Part shown: positions 1-15,612 of the stretch, piece by piece
Layout: each line of letters begins with the position of its first letter
Position numbering within the stretch: position 1 is the stretch's first letter
From: Chrysomallon squamiferum
Taxonomy: Eukaryota > Animalia > Mollusca
Assembly: GCA_012295275.1 (NCBI GenBank)
Contig: CM022674.1
Span: 3,286,001 to 3,350,000, forward strand
Direction of reading: 5' to 3'
Length of the DNA stretch: 64,000 nt
Translations under genes and position numbers: made by a program
The notes under the pieces: generated by a model
What the model was told of the DNA's origin: nothing
Seen by the model: only the letters and a program-made list of their open reading frames with translations
The model's database searches: none

Positions 1-1030
1 CATTGATAGATAGACAGACATAAAGACATACAGACATACAGACACTCAGACAGACAGATAGATGGAGAGATAAATAGGTAAACTCTGACAGTAAATTACT
101 ACATCCATTTTCTTTTTCTTTTTTTTGTATTTTTTTTTTTTTTTTTTTTGTTTTTTCCCTAGAACAATTTGTTATGTTTAACCCTGTTTGTGAAAAGGTT
201 CATATAAACTATTCGTAAACACTGAATATTTCCCTTTCTAGTCCGTTTTTTTTTTTTTTTCTCTCTCTGTGAACGTTAAACACATACGAAAATATTCCTA
301 ATGGCTGACGAAGAAACTGAGTCAAGGGAATATTGTAGGAGTTTTTTCTATGTATGTGTGTGTCTGCGTGTATCTGATATAATCGAATTTAATTAACACT
401 GTTTATGCCTTTTTTCCATAACCACATTCATTAGTGGTTTTTTTTTTTTTTATATAACATTCACGTACATACTAGCAGGAAATTACATGCAGAGCATTAA
501 ATCAGCTCATAACATTTTATGAATATATGAACAATCATTATCGCCCTCTCTCCGTATATAATATCTGCCTTCAACGTTTTAATTAAAAAAAAAAAAAAAA
601 AAAAAAAGCAACAATTCACCATCAGAAAGCTTCATATATTTTCATGACGTCGTCAAATGTAATTATTCGTGCAGAAATTAGCATCTGCGTGTGTGTGTGT
701 GTGTGTACAAGTTGTACAACTACGTCACAACTTGACTCGTTGAAAGGACGAGCAGGTGCATGGCCTCTGTGACCTTTGAGCAGACGTCACTGCTAACTCG
801 CATGTCCGGAAATGAAATCTCTAGATGCGCGCCTAATTAAAGAGCGAGTTTCAAAGGGCCACAAATTGTTTTCATCATAATATTCGCTTAATCAACTGAT
901 CGGCCATTTTGAATCATTCTGACATTTCACCGAACGTGTCGGTCACGTGATTTTTGGAGCCTCGTTCGAAAATCGTTGATCATATTTGTGTTTGGGTTTA
1001 GATGAGAAAGGATGGTCTTTTGTATCGCCT

Positions 1031-1061
<31 letters not shown>

Positions 1062-1121
1062 TTTTATTTTATTTTATTTTATTTTTTATTTTATTATTTA
1101 TTATTTTTTTTTTATTTATTT

Positions 1122-1181
<60 letters not shown>

Positions 1182-1836
1182 TTTTTTTTTGGTTATTATT
1201 ATTAATTAGAGTTTTGTTTTTTTTTTTGTTTTGGTTTTAACAAGTAATTAAAGACTCTAATTATGAGTTAAAATTAGTGAGATGCGATTTCAGATAATTA
1301 GACTTTTCCCATGAACAAACATAGAATTCTATGTTCGGAAGTTATTTCAGTACTTTCACTTGAAACAAATTTAATAAGTATATAGTGTAAATAACGAAAA
1401 AAAAAAAGAAGAAATTGTTCAATGTAAAATTACTGGGTAAAATTTAATGTTAGTTTAGTGTTGAGGATGTTGAGTTGCTTCCCTTGTCTCATGTTGTTAA
1501 AACGATAATAATTTATTTATTTTTCTTTTTTTATATTTCTCTTTCTCGCTCTTTGTCTTTTTTCCTTCTTTTTCTCTCTTTCTATTTTTTTTTTTGTATC
1601 TCTCTTGCCCCAATCTCATTCTCTCTCACCATCATTCTGTTTCTGTTTATCTACCTACCTACAGATGTACCTACTTATTAACAACCTATCTACTATATTT
1701 CTATCTGTCCATCAGTCTGTTTTTCTATCTGTCTGTCTGTGTTACATTGTTTTGTTTTTTAATGTTATCTCTCTATCTACTCCTTTCTTTCTCTCATTTC
1801 TACACGTTTCTATTTCTCTCACGCCAATCCTCTCTA

Positions 1837-1870
<34 letters not shown>

Positions 1871-2125
1871 TAGCTATTTATATCGATCGATCATAGCATC
1901 TGTTTCTATCTCTGTATTAACCTATCTGCCTCTTTTTCGTTCTGTCTGTCTATCTGTATCAGCTTCTCTCTGTCTTCTATTTGTATCATTATTTAAATGT
2001 TTTTGTTTTGCTGTGAGTTACAAATAGATTTTTCTCGTTCACTCTTTAAGGTCATTATTTTTTTTTTTTTTTTTTTTGAATTAAATTATTTATTTCTGTT
2101 AAGGCCAAGGCTTATTTTACTTTTT

Positions 2126-2158
<33 letters not shown>

Positions 2159-2275
2159 GTTCTTCATGGAACAGCCAAAGCTGAACATGAAGAAATGAAA
2201 TAAAAGTGTAGAAATTTTTATTTTTTAGGTCTCATGTTTACAGAAAACCTAGTCAAAAATAAACAAATAAATACA

Positions 2276-2334
<59 letters not shown>

Positions 2335-2388
2335 AAATAATAATATACAAATAATTTTCATTTCAATTTATATTTGTTTTTTTACAAT

Positions 2389-2456
<68 letters not shown>

Positions 2457-3548
2457 GTAACAACAACATCAACAAAACAATTATTATTATTAATATTATT
2501 ATTATTATTATTATTATTATCATGACTTTTTTCTTCTTCATTTGTTTCTCTGTGTTTTTAAACGTTGTCGCGATTTCACTAAAATCTGGAAACTTTTTTA
2601 TTTTTAAAAATTTATTTTACGTCTTATGCCTTTTATTCTTTTCTGAATTTTAATCATCTCCACATTCCTTTTTTTTTCTTTCTTTTATTAAAATATTCAT
2701 TAAATATCAAACAGTGATGATTTCCCATGCGTTAACAGTGTTGACGACAAAATCCTTGCTTCATTGTGAAATCTCGTAATCGATTGATCGATGACATGTA
2801 AAATTGTTGTTGAAAATAACAAAACACTCCTCCGTGTTTTCAGCACTGATAACCCACGTACAATCGGCAAGAAAGGAAAACATATTAAAAACATTCATGT
2901 TATCGACTGTTGAATGAAAACAAACACAGTGCGCACGCTTGCCCTCTCACGTAAAAATATACGCACGCAGAATTCTAGAAGAGCAGGGATGTATTAAATC
3001 TTTAAAAATATCTAGATGTGCAGATATGTAGAAATGTCGTATATTGCTTTATCAAATGAAAAATATACATAGATGTATGTCTTACATACATGCACATTTG
3101 ATTTTTTTTTTTCTGGTGTGTATGGATGTCTGTACTTACTTGGTGCATATATTTATTTATATATGTCAATTAATAAACACACCTTCTTGAAACCAAAATT
3201 TGTTCTACGATAATATTATTATAAAACTAAATCATCTTTTTTTTCTCAAAAAAACAGAAAATAATAATAACATACATTTTTCAATTTTTTAAAATTTTTT
3301 ATATATATGTTTCCCACTGCATCTTCCCAAATAAGCTTTTTTTGCAAGATTCTCCAGCCGAGATTTGATCTTGTAACGGTTCGCTCTGAAAACCCAATAA
3401 CTTAATGTCGGCCATACGACGGCTAATTATTTCAAGCAATTTTTTTTCTCTCAGCTCTCGGTTACGTTACGGGAAAGTAATAACGTTAACGATAAACAAA
3501 AATAACCCCATTTTCTTCGCTAACAAGGGACAAAGCAAGTAGGCGTCT

Positions 3549-3594
3549 TATATATATATAGGGTATGAAAAATATTCTCCCAGCAAAATTAGTT
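3549..3594 (+). promoter_or_regulatory. Candidate core promoter for exon A
   Basis: TATATATATATA at 3549-3560, then Inr-like TTAGTT at 3589-3594, about 200 nt upstream of the ATG at 3788. Confidence 0.35.
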
Positions 3595-3787
3595 CCAAAC
3601 ACCATCCATTAAGAGCTCCGTTTTTGGAACCGGGGGATTAAAATGGATGAGACTGCGACGTAATTGTGTTGCTGAAGAGCGTCCTGCAAAAAAAAAAAAA
3701 AAAAGAAGAAGAAGAAAAAAAAAAAAAAAAAAAAAATAGAAGCGAAACTGGGGGAATGATTTTAGAAAATTTCTCATCACAAGAAAA

Positions 3788-3886
3788 ATGTCGGCGAGAT
3801 GTCGAGCTTGTTCCTGGAGCACCAGCAACACGCTGATTGTCTTCCACAGTGAATTTCGACAACAGAGCAAGCCTCTGTGTTCCAAG
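3788..3886 (+). CDS. TMEM47: Alternative first coding exon A of TMEM47-like gene (MSARCRACSWSTSNTLIVFHSEFRQQSKPLCSK)
   Basis: ATG at 3788, 33 open codons, strong donor AAG|GTAAGG at 3887 in phase 0, matching the phase-0 acceptor at 36680. Peptide shares the SWxxxN motif and C-S-[KQ] end with exons at 14827 and 26351. TATA-like and Inr-like elements lie upstream. Confidence 0.72.
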
Positions 3887-3931
3887 GTAAGGTACTCGAG
3901 TTTTTAAAGCGGTTCATATCATCTGGCTGAG

Positions 3932-4340
3932 CGTTTTTGTTTTCAAGAGCTTGGTTTCGAAATGTTTCTAAAGAGTTTGGTATCAAACGTTTTGTTTTCA
4001 TAGAATGGTACGAAATGTTTCTAAAGAGTTTGGTATCAAACGTTTTGTTTTCAAGAGCTTGGTACGAAATGTTTCGAAAGAGTCTGATATCAAACGTTTT
4101 GTTTTCAAGAGCTTGGTACGAAATGTTTCTAAAGAGTTTGGTGTCAAACGTTTTGTTTTCAAGAGCTTGGTAAGAAATGTTTCTAAAGAGTTTGGTATCA
4201 AACGTTTTGTTTTCAAGAGCTTGGTAAGAAATGTTTCTAAAGAGTTTGGTATCAAACGTTTTGTTTTCAAGAGCTTGGTACGAAATGTTTCTAAAGAGTT
4301 TGGTATCAGACGTTTTGTTTACAGAGCTTGTTTCTAAAGT
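3932..4340. repeat. 54-bp minisatellite, about 7.5 copies
   Basis: Unit cgttttgttttcaagagcttggtacgaaatgtttctaaagagtttggtatcaaa, giving the 18-aa periodic ORFs on both strands. Confidence 0.95.
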
Positions 4341-4608
4341 TTCTAACCTGCCATGTACGTGAGATCAACGAAACATTTGTTTTTAAAGATAGGTACTAGT
4401 GTTTGTAAACAAACAGGTACGTAGAGAGGTGTGTATGAATTGTGAAGCGAAAAAGGGGAACACATAAGAACGTTTCTTTTTTAAATTAGAGTTGATATAC
4501 CTTAAACAAAAGCATCAAAAAGTAATTTGAAAGGTTAGCGATTTTACAAATGACATTTATAACAAACCAATAATAGTGACAGTAGTTGCGGCAGTAGTAA
4601 CAGTAGTA

Positions 4609-4676
<68 letters not shown>

Positions 4677-5000
4677 TTATTTGAAAGGTAACCGAATAAT
4701 GTAAACTCAACAAACTAGACATAATATTTTGACGATACGTGTTAATGTATTCAGCAAATTGAGAAGCAAACAAAAATAAATATTTCTTAATCAACTAAAA
4801 TGTTACCACAAAAATATTATCAAAAATTGTAATCAGAATGTACTAACGCGTAAAATGTTACGTTACGAAGTCGCAACGTAAATGAAAGAGCCAGGAAATA
4901 AAAAAAAAAAATGCTTTGATCATTCAGTGATGTTAGCCAGACAAGTCAGTTTCATGTTAGTCAAAATAAAATGTCATGAAAACTTTGTGAGAATTATTTC

Positions 5001-5002
<2 letters not shown>

Positions 5003-5079
<77 letters not shown>
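5003..5079. repeat. (AC)n microsatellite
   Basis: Direct reading. Confidence 0.95.
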
Positions 5080-5080
<1 letters not shown>

Positions 5081-5537
5081 GACAGACTAACAGACACACT
5101 GACATACACATACATACTATAATTGTCTCATCTAAGATATACCAAATAACTGACTAACATACATACGTCAAGCAATGAAGAATTTGTATTACCTTTCTCA
5201 AATACAATTGCGCCTATTTCTAATAAAATAATGGGTCTTTATTAAAATACAACAGAACGTTTCAAGCAGTCTTTACCAGCAAACAAATCAAATTACAGGC
5301 TGTAGAAATAATGAAAAAAAAAATCTGTACTGGAAATGATCCCTCAGTTGAGACAGAAAACATAATGTGAACGAATTGCACTAATCTGTAAGGAATGACC
5401 TTTATCAAATTTGTAGTCAAAATTCAGCTCCTTAATGAAATTACCAAAGATTTTTTTTAATATCATTTGAAATTAGAGAACCAAATGTATCTTGAAGCTT
5501 TAAGTATTCTGTTAGAGTTCTGGTTTCGTTTTTAATA

Positions 5538-5554
5538 CTACTATTACTACAACA

Positions 5555-5589
<35 letters not shown>

Positions 5590-5815
5590 TGCTGCTGCTT
5601 CTGCTGCTACTACTACTATACTACTACTACTACTACCACTATTACTACTATTACTACTACTACTACTACTACTACTAGTATTACTACTACTACTACTACT
5701 AGTATTACTACTACTAGTATTACGACTACTACTACTACTACTACTACTATACTACTACTACTACTACTAAATTATAATATTACTAATACTAATACTATAC
5801 TACTGCTACTACTAT
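5538..5815. repeat. (TAC)n imperfect microsatellite
   Basis: Direct reading. Confidence 0.95.
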
Positions 5816-6318
5816 TATTATTAATAATAATGATAATAATAATTCTATATTTATAACATGTGGATGTCAAGTCTGTTTTATACATAAAACAACGCGGTAA
5901 GTTTATACGTTTATATGTTTTCTCGCGACCAATTTTGTATGACACTAATTGTCTACGTTCATTCGTACGTACGTATCTGCCTGTGTGTTTGTCTGTCTGT
6001 CTGTATATTTGTTTAACGTATATGTATGCATATAAATTTTCACTTTGCCGGGACAAGTATAATCTTTAAAAATGTAGTTAGATAAATATTATCATTTCCT
6101 ATTTTGTCTGTATAACACAAGAGAAAGACTTGACAACAAGGAAGTTCTGTTGTACGTTGAGATTTCGGCGAAACACTTCTGTCTGGTTTAATTGTCTGAG
6201 ACGTGGATTTTTGCTATTTTTGACAACTGTTGAAAGTATCACTACTAGCAGTCTGAGATGCCATTGATTCCAGAAATAGTGACATTTCTGTCTTTCAGGA
6301 AAGCGTGTGTATTGGAAG

Positions 6319-6425
<107 letters not shown>

Positions 6426-7167
6426 TAATAGTTATACGTACATTTCAATAACATTCATGAAAGCATTTACATATGCTTTACTGTATGAAAGGAATTGTTA
6501 CCTATACAACGAACATTTGATATTATATACATACATATACGTTCATGCATACAAAAATACAATCAGACAGACAGACCAGTCAGAAATACAAACACAATCA
6601 CACACACACACACACATACACACACACATACATATATACATATATACATACATACATACATATATACATACATACATACATACATACATACATACATACA
6701 TACATACATACATACATGCATACATACATACATACATACATACACACACACATACACATACGCTGTTAGTTCTCCATTAATTCACTACTGACAAATGTTA
6801 AATGTACAGTCTTACATTCTGTGACATTTGTATCGGTAAAACATGCTTGAGGCGTTTATTCAAATCCTCATTTCGTGTTCGGAATTCCAAAAACCAGCGA
6901 TTTGATATCAAGCTGCTTTTTCAGTCACATTAAAGTAAACAAACAGGCGAAGCTGCTTTCTGAGTAAATTGGTTTTCCGTGACAAAAAAAAAAAAATATT
7001 GAATATTGTGAAAAAGTAAACTAATGTTGACATTTGGGGAAATCAATACTGAATTGAGTAGAATGAAAGAGTAGAATGAATTTTTTTTTTTTAGATCATT
7101 GACTTGTGGGATTGATTAATTAATTATTTAAATGAAAAGTTGTTGCTGTATCTTTACATCTATAGTA

Positions 7168-7554
<387 letters not shown>

Positions 7555-8152
7555 CTACATTTGGTTGTTTTTTTCACTCATACTCATTACAGAAATACCG
7601 TTGTCAATTACTAACGATTTGTCCACCATATGTGTTTAGATTGATAAATATTTACTGAATAGCTGCGTGTATCATTAAAGAATACTGTGTATCAAATCTT
7701 GTTGCCTATGACTTTCCGTTCACTTTAAATGTGTATTCACTGTCTACACTGGGTATACATACAAAATTTGTTAGGATAAACGGAACGAATCTTTTTTTAC
7801 CGTTTTTAATATTTACTTAGTTAGTTAGTTAGTTACTTATTGGGTTGTTTTCGTTTTTGATTGAACAAAAGGAAACCCTTACTGGTTCTTTTTTTTGTTC
7901 TGTTTTTGAATTATTCATTCTTCAAAATATATTAGTAATGATATTTATCCAGAAAGTTGTAGTAATGATATTTATTTAACATGTTTATTATTATTTCTCT
8001 TCTGTACAAGCTTTTGTCTTTAGCTCTGTTTTTCTGTTTATTTCTGTTTCTGGATATATACACGTGCACATATGTTTATATAAACACGAAGATGGATACA
8101 TACATATATACAGAATGACAGAGAGATAGACACACATATATGCATGCATACA

Positions 8153-8184
<32 letters not shown>

Positions 8185-8629
8185 AACATACTTACATATA
8201 CACATGTATACATACATACATACATACATACATACATACATTCATACATACATACACACATACGTTATTAGTCTGAATATCCTTTTGGGTATGCAGTTAT
8301 ATACGTGACTTGATGTCATCACTCAATTCACGATAAACGAACCGTCATTTTCCCAAGTGAATTTTCCCTGCCACTGAAGTTATTTGCATTGATCACCTGA
8401 GTTTGACAAGTTGTTCAAAGTTTCTGAGAGTTTGGCCTGGGCGAGCAACATCGATTGACAGCGGAGTAATGACTGACCGAAATGAATTCGGTTTATTTTT
8501 CATGACAAACTGTCTGTGTCCTGCGGCTCTTTTGCGGTTCTTTCCGATGTCTTCGGACAACATTTGCTTGACTGTACTAAACTTTCTACACATATCTGGG
8601 TGCTTTTAAGCCCGGTGTGTATAGAGGTG

Positions 8630-8668
<39 letters not shown>

Positions 8669-10139
8669 GTCTTTTTCCTCCGTTTCATTTTAAAAAAAGA
8701 AAGAAAAAAAAAGAAAAAAAAAAAGATAGAGACTTTTTATTGAGTGACATTTAAAAATCATCATCGACTTGTATGGAACCTTTGGGAGAAGAAACTCTAG
8801 CGGACTACTTGTATCGCTCAAATCAGTCGTTTGCTCTTTAAAACATGTAACTGAAATCCAATACGCTTTCGATGTAAGTGTGCAATCTTTGCTGGATCAG
8901 CAAAACTATCGTGCAGACGTTCAGAAAGATGGATTAATGACTATTGTGTCTCCACGTTTCTGATTTCATAAATTTTATCTCTGGAGGTTACCACTGGAAT
9001 CGCTTTCTGTCTATTACATTGTATTTCAGTATATGAAAAGAAATTATATTTCGTTATACTCTAGTTCGGAGATGCACTTTTAACAAGTCGTTAACCTCCA
9101 GGACTTTGGTAGAGAGGATACATTATAACATTACAACGTCAGACGAGTTACGTAACTGCAAAAATAATTACAACGTTCAGCTGCGTATTCTTCTGATCAC
9201 TATAACGGTTAATCTATTGTAATAGTTTTAATAACAATTATTAAAAAAAAAAAAATTGTGATTAGTTTTCATCATTAATGACAAATTCATATCACATTGC
9301 TGTAACACACAGTGATGCGTTTATTGTGTTTACATGGACAGTCTTGTGTTTATATTGCACAGAACAGTTTTGAAATAGCACCGACAGTATTATATTCTCT
9401 TGTATTGTAATATAATCATATTTATATTCGCACAGTACAAACAGTCCTGTTTTTTTTTTATATAGTTTAAGTAAAGACAGTAAACCGAACTTGTGTTTTA
9501 CAAACTACATAATTTATACATTACGGTCCTATTGACAATATTACGTTTCTACTGACCTAATATGTTTACATATGTTTGCATTAATGTGCTATAGAAACAT
9601 ATTGAGTTGATCAAAAATTTTGGAATACAGAACCGTGAATGTTTAGTTTTGTGTGGAAACAGACAAGTGCTCTAATCACTGTTGGAACGGGAAACAAATT
9701 ACTGAGGTAAGAGATTAGATCACGCCGTTATAGCTACGCGCTCTAGTGGTTGAATGAATTCGTATAATAACTGAAATCGTGTTTTGGAATTTGCTGTAAA
9801 GTCATTCCCTACTGTATCGAGTTAATAAGTATTCCGAGAAATAGATAATAAAAACCCCCCACTATTTATGGATGAGGTGATCACGTGATCAGTTGTGAGA
9901 CACGTTTGAATCAGTAAGAAGATAATCAATTTACGGTTATGGAATCCTTGTCAAATTCGGCTCTAGCAATTACTCGGTCACACAAGAAGAGTTGGTTACA
10001 AAGATTACATTTTATGACGAGCCTCAAGGCGTAATAACACAACTTTCAAAAAAAGACAAAGAAATAATAAAAAAAAAAAAAATCCTAGCAGAGAAATGCT
10101 GCTTTATTAGATGATGTTTGAAAAATACCAAAATTACCG

Positions 10140-11820
<1,681 letters not shown>

Positions 11821-12309
11821 GTGAGTGCTTGTGAAATTTTTCTTTATTTTTTTTTTTTTTCTTTAATGAATTCGGAATAAATTACCATACAATGCACAGA
11901 ATGCGAAAAAAGTTGATTCCGAAGCCGTATTAGTTTAAAAGAAAAAGTTTACGTCATTGCTGAAAACAAGTTACAATAGTATAAAGGAATCTTTTAGAAG
12001 ATAATGAATTATGAATTAGATCGTAAGAAGTGTTATAAATTGATGAAACAGAGACAGTAAGAAAGTGACAGAGAGAATAGTACAATGGTGACGAAAATAA
12101 TTTCAGATAACAGAGGATTATTGTAAAGATAAGGAATCTAGGAATTTTATCAGAGGAAAATATTTCAGACTAGAAGCGTACAAGAGACTGTTAGTTAACA
12201 CGTTAATAGAGAAAACAGACAGACAGCAAAAACACGACAAGAGTTTATATTAGTAGGCTAAAACACAAAAATACCAACACAAACGAACGCAATAGACGAA
12301 TTACAACAC

Positions 12310-12530
12310 AGAATATAATACATTCCAGGAAACCAAAATAACATACATTTTACAACAGAACCAAATCTATAACACATTCTAGAATACAACACACAATATA
12401 TTACATTCCAGAATACAGTACAACGTATAATACATTCCAGAATACAATACAAAATATAATACATTCCAGAATACAAAACAAAATATAATACATTCCAGAA
12501 TACAATTTAGAATATAACACATTAGAAAAT
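12310..12530. repeat. About 29-bp minisatellite
   Basis: acattccagaatac recurs at about 12403, 12432, 12461 and 12490. Confidence 0.85.
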
Positions 12531-12545
12531 CTAATATAGGACTAC

Positions 12546-12610
<65 letters not shown>

Positions 12611-14826
12611 GAAGGTCGAATTTTAAAAATATATCTCAGAACACAATATATATGAGAACATAAAACAAATTGCAAGAAAAAAGTTCAAGCATTACAAAAT
12701 TATAAAGTTAATAAAATAATAATAATAACAATAATAATACATTAAAAACAAAAAAACAACAACATTAAAGACATAGAAATAATAGAAAACAAAACAGAAA
12801 AAAACAACAAAAACAACAAAAAATTAAGAAAGAAAACATACAGAAAAAAATAAAAAATAAAAAAAAGACATAACATATCTGATATCTGCTACAACTTCTC
12901 GTATTACCCAGAGATTAAATGTTTTACATATACTACTACACCAACATCATACATCCATACAAATATTCTGCGCAAACAGTTCTCTCTGGAATTCCTCTTC
13001 AGCTGGTCTGTCTGTTATCAGACGTGCGACTGTTTCAGATTAGACCCAGCATCGCTGGTAAATATGACAGCCGATTTAAAATTCTGATCCGTACATATTA
13101 ACCCAGCCACGGAATGTCATTTGGCTACAGTATTACTTCAGCTGTAGTTACCACGTATATCAGACAATATTAAAACGCGTTAGGCTGCTTTTCTCTCTCG
13201 CTTTCTCTCTCTCTCTCTCTCCTGATGGCCTGTCTAATTTCAGAATAATGCGTTGGCTGTTTCTTATGTAACATTCAATCACCTCTAACGATCACATAAT
13301 TACATATTTATCTGACGGAGGTTTGGCGCTCAAAAACAGATTCTTCTTTCTTTTATTGATGAACATCGTTGCTGCTCTCGATTGTTTGTTTACGACGAAT
13401 AACTGCTTTGTTAAACTGACTCCGCTGAAGATTCGACAACTGTGAAGGTTTCTAAGGTTATCTGTTTTGTGTAACAGGGACAGAACGTCTACCCTCTTCT
13501 GTCTAGGAGAGGAAAATAATCAAGTTTTTCTCTTGGACTATCATGCTGTGCGTATCAAGGAGAAGGAGATCGTATTCTTGTTTTTTGAATCAATGACTAT
13601 GGTATTGTATCAAAGAAGGATGGACTGCTATGTATCTAGGATATTAAATAAATCATTTTTGCATCAGACAGGCATAGATTACCGTACTGAACTAAGAAGA
13701 CTAAATAATCATTTTGTATCAAATACCCTATTCAGCTGTGTTTCTCTGTTATGGAGTCTAGTGTACTGTCTTGTATGAAGGCAACTAGTTTCTTGCAGTT
13801 TGTCTCTAATGTACTCTTTTATAAAGGTGAATGAAGTCATTTCTTGTATCAAAGGGGAGCTGAGTTTACGAAGAAGACAAAAGTGTCCTGTTATGTTAAG
13901 GATATTATATACCTTGAATCATGCTGACTAAAGTCATCTTTTGTGTGACAGAGATTTAAGTTGCATTGTCTTGTCAAGGAGTTTAAGCTATCATACAATA
14001 GTCTGGTGTTTTATGAAGGACGCTAAGCTATTTGTATTGTGTGAATTAGGTTTAAATTGCAAAGTTGTTTTAATTACCCAGTTCATTCACTGAGAAAAGC
14101 TGAGTGGAACTAGAAAATAATTCTTTCACAATTCGTCAAGAGAGATAACTGCGAATCATTTAGAGTTATACATGTTTTAACAGTGTTGTTAACTTGAATA
14201 TTTGAACTGACAAGTCACAAAAAAAAAAAAAAAAAAAAAAAATTAAAATAATTTGACGATTTTATAATAATGAAAGGTGACTGTACATTTTTGTTTTTTT
14301 GTTAAAGATTAACACATCATTCTTGTCTGAGAAAAAACATTTTCTTTTTGAATCAGAAAAAGTAAATAGGTTTACTTACAAATTCTGATTTAAATTCCTC
14401 TCCAAAATTAGCTACGGATGTTTAAGTTTCTGTAATTCTGAAGTATAAGTAAGTTCAGACTGAAAAATTTCTGATAAAATCGAATTTGAATTACAAAGAA
14501 ACTGTATATATAGATTTGCATCTATAAATATATCTACATATATTGATATAAATAGAAATACTGGTGCTGCAGAATTTGGTTTCTATTTTTGACCGCTCTA
14601 GGATGTGTGACTTACTTTATTTAAAAGAAATGGAAAAAAAGAAAAAGAAGAATATGACCGAGGCACAAACCGAATTTTATTTTGTTTTAGATAACTATTT
14701 CCTAACACAATTCTGCGTTTGTTTTAACTAAACACTCATTTTCACTAAACGAAGTGGCTGAGAAGATCCAACAAACAAATAATAATCACTTCCCTTGTGG
14801 AGTAACTTGTCAGTTACCTCAAAAAC

Positions 14827-15339
14827 ATGGTCGACACTGAAATGAACTCGATTACGGCAATTTCCGAATTAACCTCGGACGTTTCCGGCGGAAAGGTTGA
14901 TACAACGCAATTGACAAACGATTCTGTTGAAGAAGACGAAACAAATCCTTCCAGAACTTTCGTCGAGAAATCTGAAATAAGCTGCGACTCGGAAACTGAC
15001 GACATATTCATGAGCATTGCCGAAGAACTACCGAAGCAGAAACTCGGTTCAGCGAGGAAAAATCCGCAAGAAATCCCGAAAAGTCCACGACTGTTCACGA
15101 ACGACTCACGGAAAACGTCGAACGAGTTCCGACGCGTTTCTTTCAATTCGCCGAAGAATTCGCCTGCGCCACGGAAAGCGTCGAAGACGTCTATCGTTTG
15201 TCAAAGCTGTCGCTCGGACAAAGTCGCCGATGCCCGTAAGGCATCGTCGAGCTTGTCGCGACAGCTGTCGTGGGCGCCTAGCAACATGATGATGCAGTTT
15301 GACGATCAGCAGTTTGAAGGAAGACTCAAATGTTCACAA
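14827..15339 (+). CDS. TMEM47: Alternative first coding exon B of TMEM47-like gene (171 aa Ser/Lys/Arg-rich, probably disordered cytoplasmic N-terminus)
   Basis: Longest non-repetitive, GC-richer + strand ORF. AACATGG start with in-frame upstream TAA at 14803. Ends ...RQLSWAPSNMMMQFDDQQFEGRLKCSQ with donor CAA|GTATGT at 15340, phase 0. Acceptor ttttattttgttttag ending at 14690 suggests a spliced 5'UTR. Confidence 0.85.
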
Positions 15340-15575
15340 GTATGTATTTAAAAAATGTCTCTAAATATAGGGGTTTTTTTGAACACGTAACCGTTTAATG
15401 TAAGTAAACGAAAACCATGAATTAAAAAGAAAGGCTCGTTAGTTTGATGACGTCAAGTGATTGTTTCTGACGTTACAAAATTATTCCAGGATTTGTATTG
15501 AATGTATTTAAAATAACGTTTCTGTTACAGTTTAATTACTTACTTGTTTATTTTATAGTCGTCTTTATAATCATT

Positions 15576-15612
<37 letters not shown>

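Noticed and set aside
3932-4340. CRISPR-like array or repeat-protein ORFs (3937-4337)
   Set aside because: Head-to-tail near-identical units with no unique spacers, no cas genes and a eukaryotic context. The ORFs arise because the 54-bp unit is a multiple of 3.
8393-8593. 66-aa minus-strand ORF as a nested gene exon
   Set aside because: No recognisable domain or partner exons.
13359-13445. Small ORF MNIVAALDCLFTTNNCFVKLTPLKIRQL containing LTPLK, as in the vertebrate TMEM47 N-terminus
   Set aside because: No splice donor after LK and a stop four codons later; likely coincidence.
14814-15146. 110-aa antisense ORF
   Set aside because: Shadow of the real + strand exon B, with no independent splice or family evidence.
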